From Bacilli bacterium (GTDB taxonomy: Bacteria; Bacillota_I; Bacilli_A; ML615J-28; CAG-313): a stretch of DNA of 64,000 nt. Numbering within the stretch: the first letter of the stretch is position 1; each line of letters opens with the position of its first letter. Both the position numbers and the translations under genes were made by a program. Positions 30,991-40,843 of this stretch are shown one piece after another. The stretch lies in assembly GCA_045589955.1 (NCBI GenBank), contig JAZNQD010000064.1:32203-96202 (forward strand). The letters run 5' to 3'. The notes beneath the pieces are model-generated. The model saw only the letters and a program-made list of their open reading frames with translations, was not told the origin of the DNA and made no database searches.

Positions 30991-33840
30991 ATGCAAGATA
31001 AAACTTATGACATTAATAAAAACATTGTAATAAAAGGAGCTCGCGTTAACAATCTTAAGAATATTGATTTAGTACTTCCACGCAATAAGTTAATTGTTAT
31101 GACTGGTGTATCTGGTAGTGGAAAAACTTCACTTGCATTTGATACAATATATGCTGAAGGACAAAGAAGATATGTTGAAAGTTTGTCATCATATGCAAGA
31201 ATGTTTTTAGATAATGTTGATAAACCTGATGTTGATTATATCGAAGGCCTGTCTCCAGCTATTTCGATTGACCAAAAAACAACAAGTAAGAACCCGCGAT
31301 CAACAGTTGGTACAATTACTGAAATATACGACTATTTACGTCTTTTATATGCACGTATTGGTCATCCGATATGTCCAACTCATGGTATTGAAATCACATC
31401 ACAAACAATTGAAGAAATGACTGATAAGATCTTTACTTATCCCGAAGAAAGTATTGTAGTAATTTTAGCCCCTATTGCCGAAGGTAAAAAAGGTACATTT
31501 GAAAAAACTTTGGAATTATTAAGAAAAGATGGATATTCTAAAGTAATAATAGATGATGAATGGTATGAACTTGATGAAGAAATAAATCTAGATAAGAATA
31601 AAAAACATAATATCTTGGTTGTAATTGATAGATTAAAACTAAGACAAGAATCTCGTTCAAGAATATATGACTCATTAGAAACTGGATGTAAATTATCAGA
31701 AGGAAAAATCTTTGTTGATATTAATGAAGAAAGAATACTATTTAGTGAACATTTTAGTTGTCCTTATTGTGATTTTACAATGGGAAAATTAGAACCTACT
31801 TTTTTCTCTTTTAATTCACCCTTAGGAGCATGCCCAGAATGCAAAGGGTTAGGTTTTAATTCGGTATTGAATCCGGAATTATTAATAACTAATCCAGAAG
31901 TATCGATTGCGGATGGAGCAATTCGCTATTTAAAAAATATTGTTTTTACTGAAGCAATTGAATGGCAACAATATAAAATCTTATTTGACTACTACCATAT
32001 TGATGTATTTAAACCATATAAAGATTTAACAGACGAACAAAAAGAGATAATACTTTATGGTTCTAAAGAACCAATCAAATATGAAATAACTTCTTCAGGT
32101 GGCATTACAATGCGTAAGAATAAACATATTGAAGGTCTTGCCAATCTAATTACAAGAAGATATCTTGAAACTTCATCATCATTCCAAAAAGAATACTATG
32201 GATCGTATATGAGTGAAGTTACTTGTTCTACATGTGGAGGAAAAAGATTATCTCCTCAAGCTCTTTCGGTTAGAATTAATGGGAAAAACATTTTTGAATT
32301 TACAGATCTTTCCATTGAAGATGCTATTATTTTTATTGAAAATCTAGAATTAACAAACACTGAAAGACAAATTGCTAAACTAATATTAAGAGAAATTAAG
32401 ACTCGTTTACATTTCTTAAATCAAGTTGGTCTTGGTTACCTTACTCTTTCACGAACTGCTGGAACTTTATCTGGTGGTGAAGCACAACGTATTCGACTTG
32501 CTAGTCAAATCGGTTCTAAATTAACGGGAGTATTATATGTTTTAGATGAACCATCAATTGGTCTACATCAAAGCGATAATCACAAGTTAATAAGTGCTTT
32601 AAAAGAAATGCGTGATTTAGGTAATACTTTAATTGTTGTTGAACATGATGAAGAAATCATGCGTGAATGTGATTACTTAGTTGATATCGGTCCTTATGCC
32701 GGTGTGCATGGTGGAGAAGTAGTTGCTAAAGGTACTCCAGATGAATTTAAAGAGTTTACTAATTCAATTACAAGTGATTACTTATATGGAAGACGTCGTA
32801 TTGAAATTCCAAAAGAAAGAAGAAAGGGTAATGGTAAATTTGTAACAATTAAAGGAGCTAAAGCAAATAACCTTAAAAACATTGATGTATCATTCCCTCT
32901 ACAAAAGATGATTTTGGTTACTGGTGTTTCCGGTAGTGGTAAATCAACACTTGTAAATGATATTTTGTATAATGCAGCTGCAAAAAAAGTATACAAATCT
33001 AAAACAATTGTTGGTAAACATGATTCAATTGAAGGTTTAGAAAATATTGATAAAGTAATTGATTTAAACCAATCACCAATTGGAAGAACACCAAGGTCTA
33101 ATCCAGCTACATATATTGGGGTCTTTGATGCGATTAGAGATTTATATGCATCAACAAAAGAAGCGAAGATGAGGGGTTATACTAAGAGTCGTTTTTCTTT
33201 CAATGTTAAAGGTGGAAGATGCGAAACATGCGGTGGCGATGGTGTAATTAGAATATCAATGCACTTCTTGCCAGATGTTTACGTTGAATGTGAAGCATGT
33301 AAAGGGAAAAGATACAATCGTGAAACATTAGAAGTTAAGTACAAAGGCAAAACAATTGCTGATGTACTTGATATGACTGTTGAAGAAGCGCTTATTTTCT
33401 TTGAAAATATTCCAACTATTTATCCAAAAATGAAAACATTATATGATGTCGGTTTAGGTTATATTAAACTTGGACAAAGTGCAACAACATTATCGGGCGG
33501 GGAAGCACAGCGTGTTAAACTTGCCAGCGAACTTTATAAAAAAATAACTGATAAAACATTATTTATTTTTGACGAACCAACTACAGGCCTTCACTCATAT
33601 GATATTGATAAACTAATGAAAATGATCAACTTTATTGTTGATTCAGGTGGAACTGCCGTTATTATTGAACATAACTTAGATGTTATTAAACTTGCAGATC
33701 ATATTATTGATTTAGGCCCTGAGGGTGGTGTAAATGGTGGTAATATAGTATTTAGTGGTACACCAGAAGAACTAATTGAACATCCAACATCATATACAGG
33801 AAAGTTCTTAAAAAAAGTTTTAAAGAAAGAAAATGAATAA
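30991..33840 (+). CDS. uvrA: Excinuclease ABC subunit A
   Basis: Two ABC modules (GVSGSGKT / GVSGSGKS, LSGGEAQR), zinc fingers. Confidence 0.98.
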   Translation: MQDKTYDINKNIVIKGARVNNLKNIDLVLPRNKLIVMTGVSGSGKTSLAFDTIYAEGQRRYVESLSSYARMFLDNVDKPDVDYIEGLSPAISIDQKTTSKNPRSTVGTITEIYDYLRLLYARIGHPICPTHGIEITSQTIEEMTDKIFTYPEESIVVILAPIAEGKKGTFEKTLELLRKDGYSKVIIDDEWYELDEEINLDKNKKHNILVVIDRLKLRQESRSRIYDSLETGCKLSEGKIFVDINEERILFSEHFSCPYCDFTMGKLEPTFFSFNSPLGACPECKGLGFNSVLNPELLITNPEVSIADGAIRYLKNIVFTEAIEWQQYKILFDYYHIDVFKPYKDLTDEQKEIILYGSKEPIKYEITSSGGITMRKNKHIEGLANLITRRYLETSSSFQKEYYGSYMSEVTCSTCGGKRLSPQALSVRINGKNIFEFTDLSIEDAIIFIENLELTNTERQIAKLILREIKTRLHFLNQVGLGYLTLSRTAGTLSGGEAQRIRLASQIGSKLTGVLYVLDEPSIGLHQSDNHKLISALKEMRDLGNTLIVVEHDEEIMRECDYLVDIGPYAGVHGGEVVAKGTPDEFKEFTNSITSDYLYGRRRIEIPKERRKGNGKFVTIKGAKANNLKNIDVSFPLQKMILVTGVSGSGKSTLVNDILYNAAAKKVYKSKTIVGKHDSIEGLENIDKVIDLNQSPIGRTPRSNPATYIGVFDAIRDLYASTKEAKMRGYTKSRFSFNVKGGRCETCGGDGVIRISMHFLPDVYVECEACKGKRYNRETLEVKYKGKTIADVLDMTVEEALIFFENIPTIYPKMKTLYDVGLGYIKLGQSATTLSGGEAQRVKLASELYKKITDKTLFIFDEPTTGLHSYDIDKLMKMINFIVDSGGTAVIIEHNLDVIKLADHIIDLGPEGGVNGGNIVFSGTPEELIEHPTSYTGKFLKKVLKKENE

Positions 33841-33846
33841 TAGACA

Positions 33847-33876
33847 AAAGCTATTTCAAAATTGAAATAGCTTTTA
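33847..33876 (+). terminator. Intrinsic terminator after uvrA
   Basis: aaaagctatttcaa-aa-ttgaaatagctttt. Confidence 0.75.
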
Positions 33877-33945
33877 ATTATATAGATTGAAAAATATTAA
33901 CTAATATGTTATAATAGTAAAGTAAAGATATATATAAGGTGCTAG

Positions 33946-34449
33946 ATGAAAAAGAGAAAAGATGAAGATAAAAAAATTAAAATGCCAAAAACGGAAGAAG
34001 ATTTATCTAAACTAATTGAAGATCTTTCAAAAAATAAAAAAGCAAGAATTCAAATTTATGGGTTTACTCATAAAATAGTAGAAAATGAATTTCTAAATAT
34101 TTTACTTTACTTAGGAATTAATTTTTTACTCTTTACCGCAAGCTACTGCATCTTTCGACCAGTAAGTTCTGATACGCTTTGGTTCTTGTTTACTTATATT
34201 TTAATATTTAGTATATTGGATTACCTTGCCAAAGTACTTATCTTTAAATTTTTTCAAAAGTACATTTTATTAACAGCATCACTAATCTTCCTTATAGAAG
34301 ATATTATATGTATTATAGCTGGAGCTATACCGATTATTTTCTTATTTGAGATAACACTTGAAAGTACTTGGTTATTAATAGCCACAGTAATTGTATTTTT
34401 ATTAGTAAGATTTATCTTAACTTTTTTGTTAAGAAGAAAGAGAGTTTAA
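33946..34449 (+). CDS. Four-TM membrane protein (possibly YvlD/holin-like family)
   Basis: Four hydrophobic helices; position between uvrA and lgt as for yvlD in Bacilli. Confidence 0.5.
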   Translation: MKKRKDEDKKIKMPKTEEDLSKLIEDLSKNKKARIQIYGFTHKIVENEFLNILLYLGINFLLFTASYCIFRPVSSDTLWFLFTYILIFSILDYLAKVLIFKFFQKYILLTASLIFLIEDIICIIAGAIPIIFLFEITLESTWLLIATVIVFLLVRFILTFLLRRKRV

Positions 34450-34450
34450 T

Positions 34451-35569
34451 ATGTTTTTATCATTATTTAGTAGTAACTGGTCAGATTCTTTAAGACCTGA
34501 TTGGTGGATTTTAGATAAGGTAAACCCAATATATACCGATGCATTTACTCTATTTGGTAGTATGTCTGTTAAATGGTATGCAATAATGATCCTAAGTGCT
34601 GTATTATTATCGGTTGTAATTGGGTACTTTGGTTTTGCTAAAAGATTAGGCATTACAAGTGACCACTTATTTGAAGGCGTTATTGCCGGTGTTGTTGCAG
34701 GTATATTAGGCGCCCGTGCATGGTATGTAATTGCAGATATGTTGCAAGATGGCGCGAAGTCAAGTTATTTAAGTGGAACCTTTGGTGAAAATTTAAGAGC
34801 AATTGTGATGATTCCTGATGGAGGACTTGCAATTTCCGGAGGTGTTCTTCTAGCTGGAATTGTCATATTTTTCTATTGTCGCTATCGTCATATTAAAGTT
34901 TTATATCTACTTGAAATTGTTCTTCCTTTAATTATGCTTTCTCAAGTATTAGGTCGCTGGGGTAACTTCTTTAATTTAGAGGCTCATGGTGGTTTAATTA
35001 AAGTTCCTGGTCTTGAAGAAGCTTTAGAAAGTGCAAAAACATTTGATACATTAGATAATGACATTTTGCTAGCTCAACGAAGATTTTTATGGTTCTTCCC
35101 TAAATTTATGGTTGATAGAATGTATATTTATGATGAGGTTACAGGAGTATATGGTTATTGCCATCCATGTTTCTTCTATGAAGGAATGCTTAACTTCATT
35201 GGCTTTACAACATATATGCTTGTTAGACGCTTTGTTAAAAAAGGAATTTATGTTGGTGATGGAATTAGTTTTTATTTAATTTGGTATGGTTTAGTTCGTT
35301 TTGGTGTTGAACACTTAAGAACTGATGCTCAAATGATTGGTGATATTCGTGTCGTTGTTATCTATGCGTCGATAATGATTCTTGCCGGCATTGCTTGGTT
35401 AATTATTAGACGTGTTAAGAAAATTAGCATGATTACATGTTATGATGCACTATACGGTTTTGATTCAACAATATTATTAGATCAACCAGAAAAGAAAAAC
35501 TCTAAGAAAAATAAAAAAGCCAAAAAACAAACAGAAATCAAAACAGAAGCAGAAATACAAAATAATTAG
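34451..35569 (+). CDS. lgt: Prolipoprotein diacylglyceryl transferase
   Basis: WYAIMI, GARAWYV, GGLAISGG, GRWGNFFNLEAHG, HPCFFYE, RFGVEHLR. Confidence 0.93.
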   Translation: MFLSLFSSNWSDSLRPDWWILDKVNPIYTDAFTLFGSMSVKWYAIMILSAVLLSVVIGYFGFAKRLGITSDHLFEGVIAGVVAGILGARAWYVIADMLQDGAKSSYLSGTFGENLRAIVMIPDGGLAISGGVLLAGIVIFFYCRYRHIKVLYLLEIVLPLIMLSQVLGRWGNFFNLEAHGGLIKVPGLEEALESAKTFDTLDNDILLAQRRFLWFFPKFMVDRMYIYDEVTGVYGYCHPCFFYEGMLNFIGFTTYMLVRRFVKKGIYVGDGISFYLIWYGLVRFGVEHLRTDAQMIGDIRVVVIYASIMILAGIAWLIIRRVKKISMITCYDALYGFDSTILLDQPEKKNSKKNKKAKKQTEIKTEAEIQNN

Positions 35570-35578
35570 GAGTTAATA

Positions 35579-36232
35579 ATGAGTAAGAAAAAAGTTGTTG
35601 CCTTTGATTGTGATGGCACTATTCTTGATACATACAATTTAATCCAACAAACTTTCAGAATTACTTTTAACGAGTTATTTCCGGATTTAAATTTATCTAA
35701 TGAAGAGTATGCATCATTCTTTGGCCCTGGTTTACATGACACTTTCAGTCGTTATGCAAAAAGCGAAGATGAAGTAAATTATTGTATTGAAAGATATCGC
35801 TATCATAATATTCGTATCATGAAGGACTATATCAAAGATTTTGAAGGTATTGATGATTTACTAAAGTACTTACAAGATAATAATTATCACATTGTTATTG
35901 TTTCTAATAAAGTATCTAATGTTATTTTATATGGACTAGAACTTTGTCATTTAGAACAATATTTTGAACATATTATCGGGTATGAAATGATAATACCAAA
36001 ACCAGATCCAGATGGTATATATCAAGTAATGAAATTATACGGTGTTGAAACATTAGTTTTTGTTGGTGATACGACAATCGATATGAAAACGGGTGTAAAC
36101 GCAAGTGTTCCAACCATTGGTGTAACGTGGTGTAAATCTACCAAAGAAGAACTTTATTCATCAGGGGCTACATATGTTATTGATAAACCAGATGAATTAA
36201 TTAAACTATTAGAAGAAGAATATTTATTCTAG
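35579..36232 (+). CDS. HAD-superfamily hydrolase (PpaX-like)
   Basis: FDCDGTILD, KPDP, VGDT motifs; located after lgt. Confidence 0.85.
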   Translation: MSKKKVVAFDCDGTILDTYNLIQQTFRITFNELFPDLNLSNEEYASFFGPGLHDTFSRYAKSEDEVNYCIERYRYHNIRIMKDYIKDFEGIDDLLKYLQDNNYHIVIVSNKVSNVILYGLELCHLEQYFEHIIGYEMIIPKPDPDGIYQVMKLYGVETLVFVGDTTIDMKTGVNASVPTIGVTWCKSTKEELYSSGATYVIDKPDELIKLLEEEYLF

Positions 36233-36244
36233 AAAGGAGAAAGT

Positions 36245-37192
36245 ATGAGCTTTGCAAGTGAAGTAAAAAAAGAAATCTTAACTATAACTGAAAACAAGAA
36301 AGAACAAATTGCCTTTACTTTTGGTGCTTTGCAAGGCCTTTCTTCAATCGTTCTTTCTTCATCAGGAATTAAGTTACAAATTAAATCTCCTATATTAAAT
36401 ATTATTAAAAAGATTGTTCCTTTACTAAAGGAACAATTTAATATTAAAACGCAAATTGGTTTTGCAGATGAAGTGGTTATTAAAAACAAAAGACGTTACT
36501 ACTATTATGAAATAACAGAACATGCAATGGAAGTTATCGAATTTTATAAATTAATGATGACTGATGAAATAGATATGGAAAATGAATTAATTCAAACTCC
36601 TTCAACAAAAGAAGCATTTATCAGAGGGATTTTTGCATCGAAAGGATCTATTAACGACCCCCGTAAGGAATGTTATCATTTAGAATTAGTAACAAAAAAA
36701 TATGATCTTGCCTTTGTTGTACAACAAATATTAGGTGAAAAAGGAATAGATGCTAATATTGTAAGTCGCAGAGGAATGTATGTTACATATATTAAAAAGA
36801 GCGAATGGATTAGTGAATTCCTTGCTTTTATTGGTGCATCAAGTGGAGTTTTCTATTTTGAAGATTATCGAATTTATCGCGATTCTGCAAACATGGCTAA
36901 TCGTATGGCAAACTGTGATATTGCAAATGAAAGAAAATGTTTAGAAAATTGTAATAAACAATTACAAGCCATAGAGTATATTCGTAATAGTAACTTGTTT
37001 GAAAAAATGCCTCTTCGCTTACAAACAATATCAAAGCTAAGAGAAGAATATCCTGAATCATCTTTAGAAGAACTATCGTTATATTCTGAAAATATATTTG
37101 GTAAGCAAATGTCAAAATCGGGTATTAGTCACTGCTTTAGAGATTTAATGGAATATTATCAAAACATAATAAATAAAAAAAATAACGTATGA
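36245..37192 (+). CDS. whiA: DNA-binding protein WhiA
   Basis: MSFASEVKKE, RGIFASKGSINDP..YHLE, NRMANCDIAN, SKSGISH. Confidence 0.93.
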   Translation: MSFASEVKKEILTITENKKEQIAFTFGALQGLSSIVLSSSGIKLQIKSPILNIIKKIVPLLKEQFNIKTQIGFADEVVIKNKRRYYYYEITEHAMEVIEFYKLMMTDEIDMENELIQTPSTKEAFIRGIFASKGSINDPRKECYHLELVTKKYDLAFVVQQILGEKGIDANIVSRRGMYVTYIKKSEWISEFLAFIGASSGVFYFEDYRIYRDSANMANRMANCDIANERKCLENCNKQLQAIEYIRNSNLFEKMPLRLQTISKLREEYPESSLEELSLYSENIFGKQMSKSGISHCFRDLMEYYQNIINKKNNV

Positions 37193-37222
37193 GTAAAACA
37201 TTTTGTTTTGCTCATACGTTTT
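37182..37222. terminator. Bidirectional terminator
   Basis: aacgtatgagtaaaaca-ttt-tgttttgctcatacgtt. Confidence 0.75.
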
Positions 37223-37485
37223 TATAATATATCAGTAAAATCAAATAATTCCCTTGGATCAATTTGAAGAGCATAACAAATCTTATGAATATTTTTTAAA
37301 GTAATATTCTTTTCTGCTCTTTCTACTTGTCCAATATAAGTTCGATGAAGTCCAACTTTCTCAGCAAACTCTTCTTGAGATAGATTAAGTTCATTACGAA
37401 GATTTCTGATTTTAATACCTATTAGTTCATTTAATAACATTGGATTGAAATTACTCTTATTTTTATAAATTTCTTCTTGTTTCAT
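37222..37485 (-). CDS. XRE-family HTH regulator resembling restriction-modification controller (C) proteins
   Basis: SQEEFAEKVGLHRTYIGQVERAEKNITLKNI motif; AGGTG RBS before ATG 37485. Confidence 0.85.
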   Translation of the reverse strand: MKQEEIYKNKSNFNPMLLNELIGIKIRNLRNELNLSQEEFAEKVGLHRTYIGQVERAEKNITLKNIHKICYALQIDPRELFDFTDIL

Positions 37486-37501
37486 AATAATCACCTATAA
37501 T

Positions 37502-37565
37502 ATTTTATAATAGGAAAAAATAACTTTCAACAGCCTATAAGTAGCAATGTTGCTATAAGTAGCAT
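37502..37565 (-). promoter_or_regulatory. sigmaA-like promoter with two C-box-like operators upstream of the XRE gene
   Basis: TTGAAA-17-TAAAAT on the minus strand; direct repeat CTATAAGTAGCA at 37535-37546 and 37553-37564. Confidence 0.6.
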
Positions 37566-37646
37566 TTTTCTTATTATTATCTTTATTATTTGTATTTTAT
37601 TAAAAAATAAGCTATAATGATAAAAAAGAGAAATGAGGTATTGAAT

Positions 37647-39440
37647 ATGAAAAAGACATTAATAGTAATAGTATCTTGTTTAATGTTATTGTTAACTGGA
37701 TGTACATCAAAAAATGAATCACGTATATATATTGGTGAAGATGGATATTGGTATATTGACGATGTAAAAACAGGCACATATAGCATTGGTCAAGACGGAA
37801 AAAGTGCATATGAAGTAGCTAAAGAAAATGGTTATACTGGAACATTTGAACAATGGCTTAAAAATATTACTAACAATTCCAATAAACTTGAAATTGCAGA
37901 TCCAGTTGGTAAAAACGATGTAACTGGTTATATTCAAATGATTAATAACCAAATCATGTTGATTGCAGAATATGAAGAAGAAGTAGAAATTAAAGAAGGT
38001 GTTTTAGAAGAATTAGCTTATGAAGACAAAACACTTTATGATTTATTTGTGTTAAATAATTATGGTTTAAATACAATGGATAGTTATCGTACAAGAAACG
38101 AAAACTATGCTGACTACTATGGTACAACTAAATTACAAAATAAAGTTTATTATTCTTATAATCAAGCAATGCAAGTAGAAGGTACAACATCTAATCAAGC
38201 GATGTCTAGTTTAACATATACAGGTAAATATTATATTGCCTCAAAAATTAAATGTACTCGCTATGAAAAAGGATGTTTAGGGGTAGTCTTTGGTCAAAGC
38301 CAAGAAACAGTAAATAATATTACCCTAACAGAAGTAACAGATGACTTTGTTACAAGAAGTGATATATGTACACTCTCTGGACACAACATCTTTATTGGTA
38401 GTTGCTTCTCTGCTAACTTAGACGGTTATATTGATGATGTGGTTGTGCTTGATTTATCTATTTTTAGTACAATTCCTACAAAAGAAAAACTAGATACATT
38501 ATATGAAAGATATCTAGACATTATGAATGGTAAAGTAGAGGCTAAAACATATACTGAAGTTGTTTCTAGACGTAAAGTTTTCTATTTAGGTGAAAATGAA
38601 GAAACTTACACTGATCGTGAAGCTAAAGCTCGTTTTATGCAATACATGAATGATAAAGCAAAAGACATTGGCATGGGAAATACATCGTTTATTGATGCTG
38701 CAGGGTTTTACAATCGTACTACTGCATATGACTTACTAAGAATGGGTGTTTACGCATGTTCATATGATCCTCTTGTTGAGGCTTGGCATAAGAATAATTA
38801 TACTGTTACTGTATCAGGAAATATTGAAAGAGAAGTTAACTTAACAACAACAGTAAAAGGCGATGGTTTAGAAAACTATTATTTCTTGTTTGGTGGCAAA
38901 ACTGGAACTGTTGATGGACAATCTAATTTACTTGCGATAGTAGAAGGACCTGACGAAAGATTATTTGTTGTAGTCGTTTTAGGTGCAAGCATTAATCGTT
39001 TTGAAGCTGCAAAACTTGTTATGGATGAAGCGGTTAAAAAATACCTTAATAAAGACTATGATTATTCAACAGTAGATGTTCCCGCAAAAAGCGCAGCAGC
39101 ATGTTTACTACCACTAAATAATACAAAGGCATATACTGATTATCCACTAACAATGTTATATGAAAAAGATATATATACAAGTCGCACTCCTGCCTCAATT
39201 ACAAAAGTCATGACAGCTATGTGTATGCTGGATTTTGTATATGATTTAAATGAGGAATTTGTTATTGGGTCAAATGATATAACAACAGGTTCAGGTAACT
39301 ATTATTATGCAGGTGACATGATTTCTTATAAAGAAAGTTTATATTCAATGATGTTACCTTCTAGTAATACATGTGCAGAAGCAACCGCAACTGCAGTAGG
39401 TCACTTAATTTTAAAATATGAAAATAAAAATAAAAAATAG
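37647..39440 (+). CDS. Lipoprotein with circularly permuted D-Ala-D-Ala carboxypeptidase (peptidase S11)-like domain
   Basis: Lipobox LTGC; MNDKAKDIGMGNTSF and GGKTGT occur before PASITK and PSSN. Confidence 0.8.
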   Translation: MKKTLIVIVSCLMLLLTGCTSKNESRIYIGEDGYWYIDDVKTGTYSIGQDGKSAYEVAKENGYTGTFEQWLKNITNNSNKLEIADPVGKNDVTGYIQMINNQIMLIAEYEEEVEIKEGVLEELAYEDKTLYDLFVLNNYGLNTMDSYRTRNENYADYYGTTKLQNKVYYSYNQAMQVEGTTSNQAMSSLTYTGKYYIASKIKCTRYEKGCLGVVFGQSQETVNNITLTEVTDDFVTRSDICTLSGHNIFIGSCFSANLDGYIDDVVVLDLSIFSTIPTKEKLDTLYERYLDIMNGKVEAKTYTEVVSRRKVFYLGENEETYTDREAKARFMQYMNDKAKDIGMGNTSFIDAAGFYNRTTAYDLLRMGVYACSYDPLVEAWHKNNYTVTVSGNIEREVNLTTTVKGDGLENYYFLFGGKTGTVDGQSNLLAIVEGPDERLFVVVVLGASINRFEAAKLVMDEAVKKYLNKDYDYSTVDVPAKSAAACLLPLNNTKAYTDYPLTMLYEKDIYTSRTPASITKVMTAMCMLDFVYDLNEEFVIGSNDITTGSGNYYYAGDMISYKESLYSMMLPSSNTCAEATATAVGHLILKYENKNKK

Positions 39441-39467
39441 TAAAGACGACAGTCTTTACTATTTTTT
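39434..39467. terminator. Bidirectional terminator
   Basis: aaaaatagtaaagac-gaca-gtctttactattttt. Confidence 0.8.
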
Positions 39468-40727
39468 ATTAACTTTTTCTGAATGTAAATGATAAATTTC
39501 TTCAGTTGCAAAAGCAAGTTTAGAGATTACATCATTTTTTGTAGGATAGCAAAAATAACTATTGTCTTCAGTATTAATTACAAAACAGTCAAAATGCTTA
39601 ATATGAACATAATCGTATTCAACATGTAAACTATTTGCTTGAAGAGGAGATCTTATAATACGATATGGAGCATTATTATAATATCCTTCTAGAACAAAAC
39701 CATTTTCAATTGTGTGTGAAATTTTGGCTTTACCAAGATAAATAGCACCATTTGTTCTTGGTAATGAATATACTTCAACATCGTCTTCAAAATGATAAGT
39801 TCCTTCTCTTACTTCTTTACGAACTTCAGCTTTTTCCCATTTAAACCAGTCGGGAACATGTGAAAATTCAGTGTCGCCTGTAAGTGCGGTTAAAGTTCCA
39901 TCTTCGTTTAAATTCCAATGTTTACCACATTCTTCACAAAATACTTCCGTACCTAAAGAATTCATTTTTCGTTCAGTATGACAGTGGGGACATTTGTACA
40001 AAATCTTATGAATCTTCTCTGCACGATCTTTTTCTGTAATTAAAATGTTATTGTCTTTTTGATATTGATATTCATCATACTCAAATTCTTTTTTAATAAC
40101 ATCATATATATCAGAAATGCTCATATTTTCAATATCATCAACTGTTAGAACCTGCTTAATAGTTGTATGAAGAGGAACTTTACGTGGTTTTTTCCAAGCC
40201 CAAAATGGAGTATGTAAATGATTACCACGATGAATAACTACAACCACTGGAACTTTACAACTTTTAATAAGCTTTGCAAGAGATTCAGGCAAATAAGAAG
40301 TTATTCCACAAGGAGAATATCTTGCCTCTGGATACATACCTAAAACATCGCCTCGTTTTAAGACTTTCTTAATTGATTTAATTAAATGTAAATCATTGGA
40401 AAATTTTCTTGTACAAATGGAACCAATTAACTCTAGTAACCATGCCCGACGAATATAACCATCAATATTAACAATATTGTTTATTCGATGAGGAAATGTA
40501 CCAACTGCAGTTAATTCAAAGTCAATGAAATAATGGTGATTACTTAGTAAGATATATGGAGGTTTTAATCCCTTCATATTGATTTTTTCAATTTTGTGTT
40601 TTTTTCCAATTAAAGCAAACTTTGAAAGAATATATATAAGTAGTGTTAGAATTCTTGGTTGTCTAATTGGATATTTTGCGGTATTGTATCTTTTTTTATT
40701 TTTATAATTTACCTCTATTTGATTCAT
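39459..40727 (-). CDS. Lysophospholipid acyltransferase (PlsC-like) with C-terminal Zn-ribbon-like extension
   Basis: NHHYFID (HX4D), YPEAR; CPHC...CEEC. Confidence 0.85.
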   Translation of the reverse strand: MNQIEVNYKNKKRYNTAKYPIRQPRILTLLIYILSKFALIGKKHKIEKINMKGLKPPYILLSNHHYFIDFELTAVGTFPHRINNIVNIDGYIRRAWLLELIGSICTRKFSNDLHLIKSIKKVLKRGDVLGMYPEARYSPCGITSYLPESLAKLIKSCKVPVVVVIHRGNHLHTPFWAWKKPRKVPLHTTIKQVLTVDDIENMSISDIYDVIKKEFEYDEYQYQKDNNILITEKDRAEKIHKILYKCPHCHTERKMNSLGTEVFCEECGKHWNLNEDGTLTALTGDTEFSHVPDWFKWEKAEVRKEVREGTYHFEDDVEVYSLPRTNGAIYLGKAKISHTIENGFVLEGYYNNAPYRIIRSPLQANSLHVEYDYVHIKHFDCFVINTEDNSYFCYPTKNDVISKLAFATEEIYHLHSEKVNKK

Positions 40728-40843
40728 ATTTTCCCTCTATAAATTTATATAAAATTCTATCATATATTTACTACCTTTGCAAATTTTATTATTTGAAAAA
40801 AAGAAATAATTATGTTATATTAAGTAAGAAAGAAGGTTTTAGC

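Noticed and set aside
33946-34449. Prophage holin indicating a prophage
   Set aside because: Sits in conserved housekeeping context with no phage genes nearby
40667-40843. Long N-terminal extension of the alpha/beta hydrolase given by the ORF track
   Set aside because: Overlaps the divergent acyltransferase start and the promoter region; ATG 40844 has a plausible RBS
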